The translations under genes and the position numbers were made by a program. From an uncultured Acidobacteriota bacterium (GTDB lineage Bacteria > Acidobacteriota > Vicinamibacteria > Vicinamibacterales > Fen-181), in the NCBI GenBank assembly GCA_963701315.1, contig OY969603.1, positions 3,159,320 through 3,223,319 of the forward strand: a stretch of 64,000 bases of DNA, given 5' to 3'. The notes under the pieces were generated by a model. It was not told the DNA's origin and made no database searches. It was given only the letters and a program-made list of their open reading frames with translations. Position 1 is the first letter of the stretch; every line of letters begins with the position of its first letter. This document shows, piece after piece, positions 63,679 to 64,000 of this stretch.

Positions 63679-64000
63679 GTGGAGGAGTACCCACGGACGC
63701 TCGCTGAACTCGAAGCGCGCTTTTCGACGGAGGCGGCGTGCCGTGCGTACCTGCAGCGCCTCCGATGGCCCGACGGATTCCGATGCCCGAAGTGCGGGCA
63801 CGAGAAGTCGTGGCCGGTTGGCTCGCGCCTGTTGCAGTGCGCGGCGTGCAGGCGCCAGACGTCGGCGACGGCCGGCACCATCTTCCAGGATACGCGTACG
63901 CCGCTGCCCACCTGGTTCCGGGCGATGTGGTGGGTGACGAGTCAGAAGACAGGCGCGAGCGCCCTCGGCCTGCAGCAGGGGCTGGGGCTCGGGAGCTACC
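63679..64000 (+). mobile_element. IS1595-family transposase gene, 5' part (runs off window end)
   Basis: This frame is not in the ORF track. From the GTG at 63679 it reads VEEYPRTLAELEARFSTEAACRAYLQRLRWPDGFRCPKCGHEKSW...CAACRRQTSATAGTIFQDTRTPLPTWFRAMWWVTSQKTGASALGLQQGLGLGSY, the zinc-ribbon N-terminus typical of IS1595/ISXO2-like transposases. Confidence 0.7.

Noticed and set aside
61557-63911. 784-aa minus-strand ORF
   Set aside because: It is an alternate frame over the MFS transporter gene and is Arg/Pro/Gly-rich. The 61844..63508 frame gives 14 clean TM helices and MFS motifs.

Overview
GC-rich (about two-thirds G+C by eye) bacterial chromosomal segment. The gene content, including a protein of the 'VWFA-related Acidobacterial domain' type, suggests Acidobacteriota; this is inference only. 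I support about 60 protein-coding genes on both strands. Housekeeping and repair: uvrA, uvrC, ku, mpg, rpsA, cmk, an ihfB-like gene, efp, tdk, trpS, scpA/scpB, gdhA. Envelope and proteolysis: ECF sigma/anti-sigma with a TlpA-like gene, HtrA, M1 aminopeptidase, M50, S9 and C69 peptidases, and an Omp85-type barrel fusion. There is also a tightly packed MoxR-centred membrane gene cluster. I found no rRNA, tRNA or CRISPR array by eye. The only mobile-element signal is the 5' part of an IS1595-family transposase running off the right edge. The high GC creates many long antisense or alternate-frame shadow ORFs in the supplied track, and I rejected these. Main points: (1) 49.7-56.8 kb holds a seven-gene module (MoxR AAA+, DUF58, DUF4350, DUF4129, SpoIIM-like, RDD, plus a polytopic membrane protein) with no defined function; this is my best candidate for an undescribed system. 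(2) 7.1-10.2 kb encodes an outer-membrane barrel fused to a gluzincin-like HExxH domain and a TolB-type propeller. (3) Ten single-base frame breaks, one in-frame TAG and one 7-bp tandem duplication interrupt otherwise conserved genes, including essential trpS and scpA. This points to assembly indel errors for most of them. One hybrid kinase/receiver remnant carries four lesions and looks truly decayed. (4) Several genes have sigma70-like -10 elements almost abutting the start codon, suggesting leaderless transcripts. All functional calls rest on motif recognition by eye; no database search was run.
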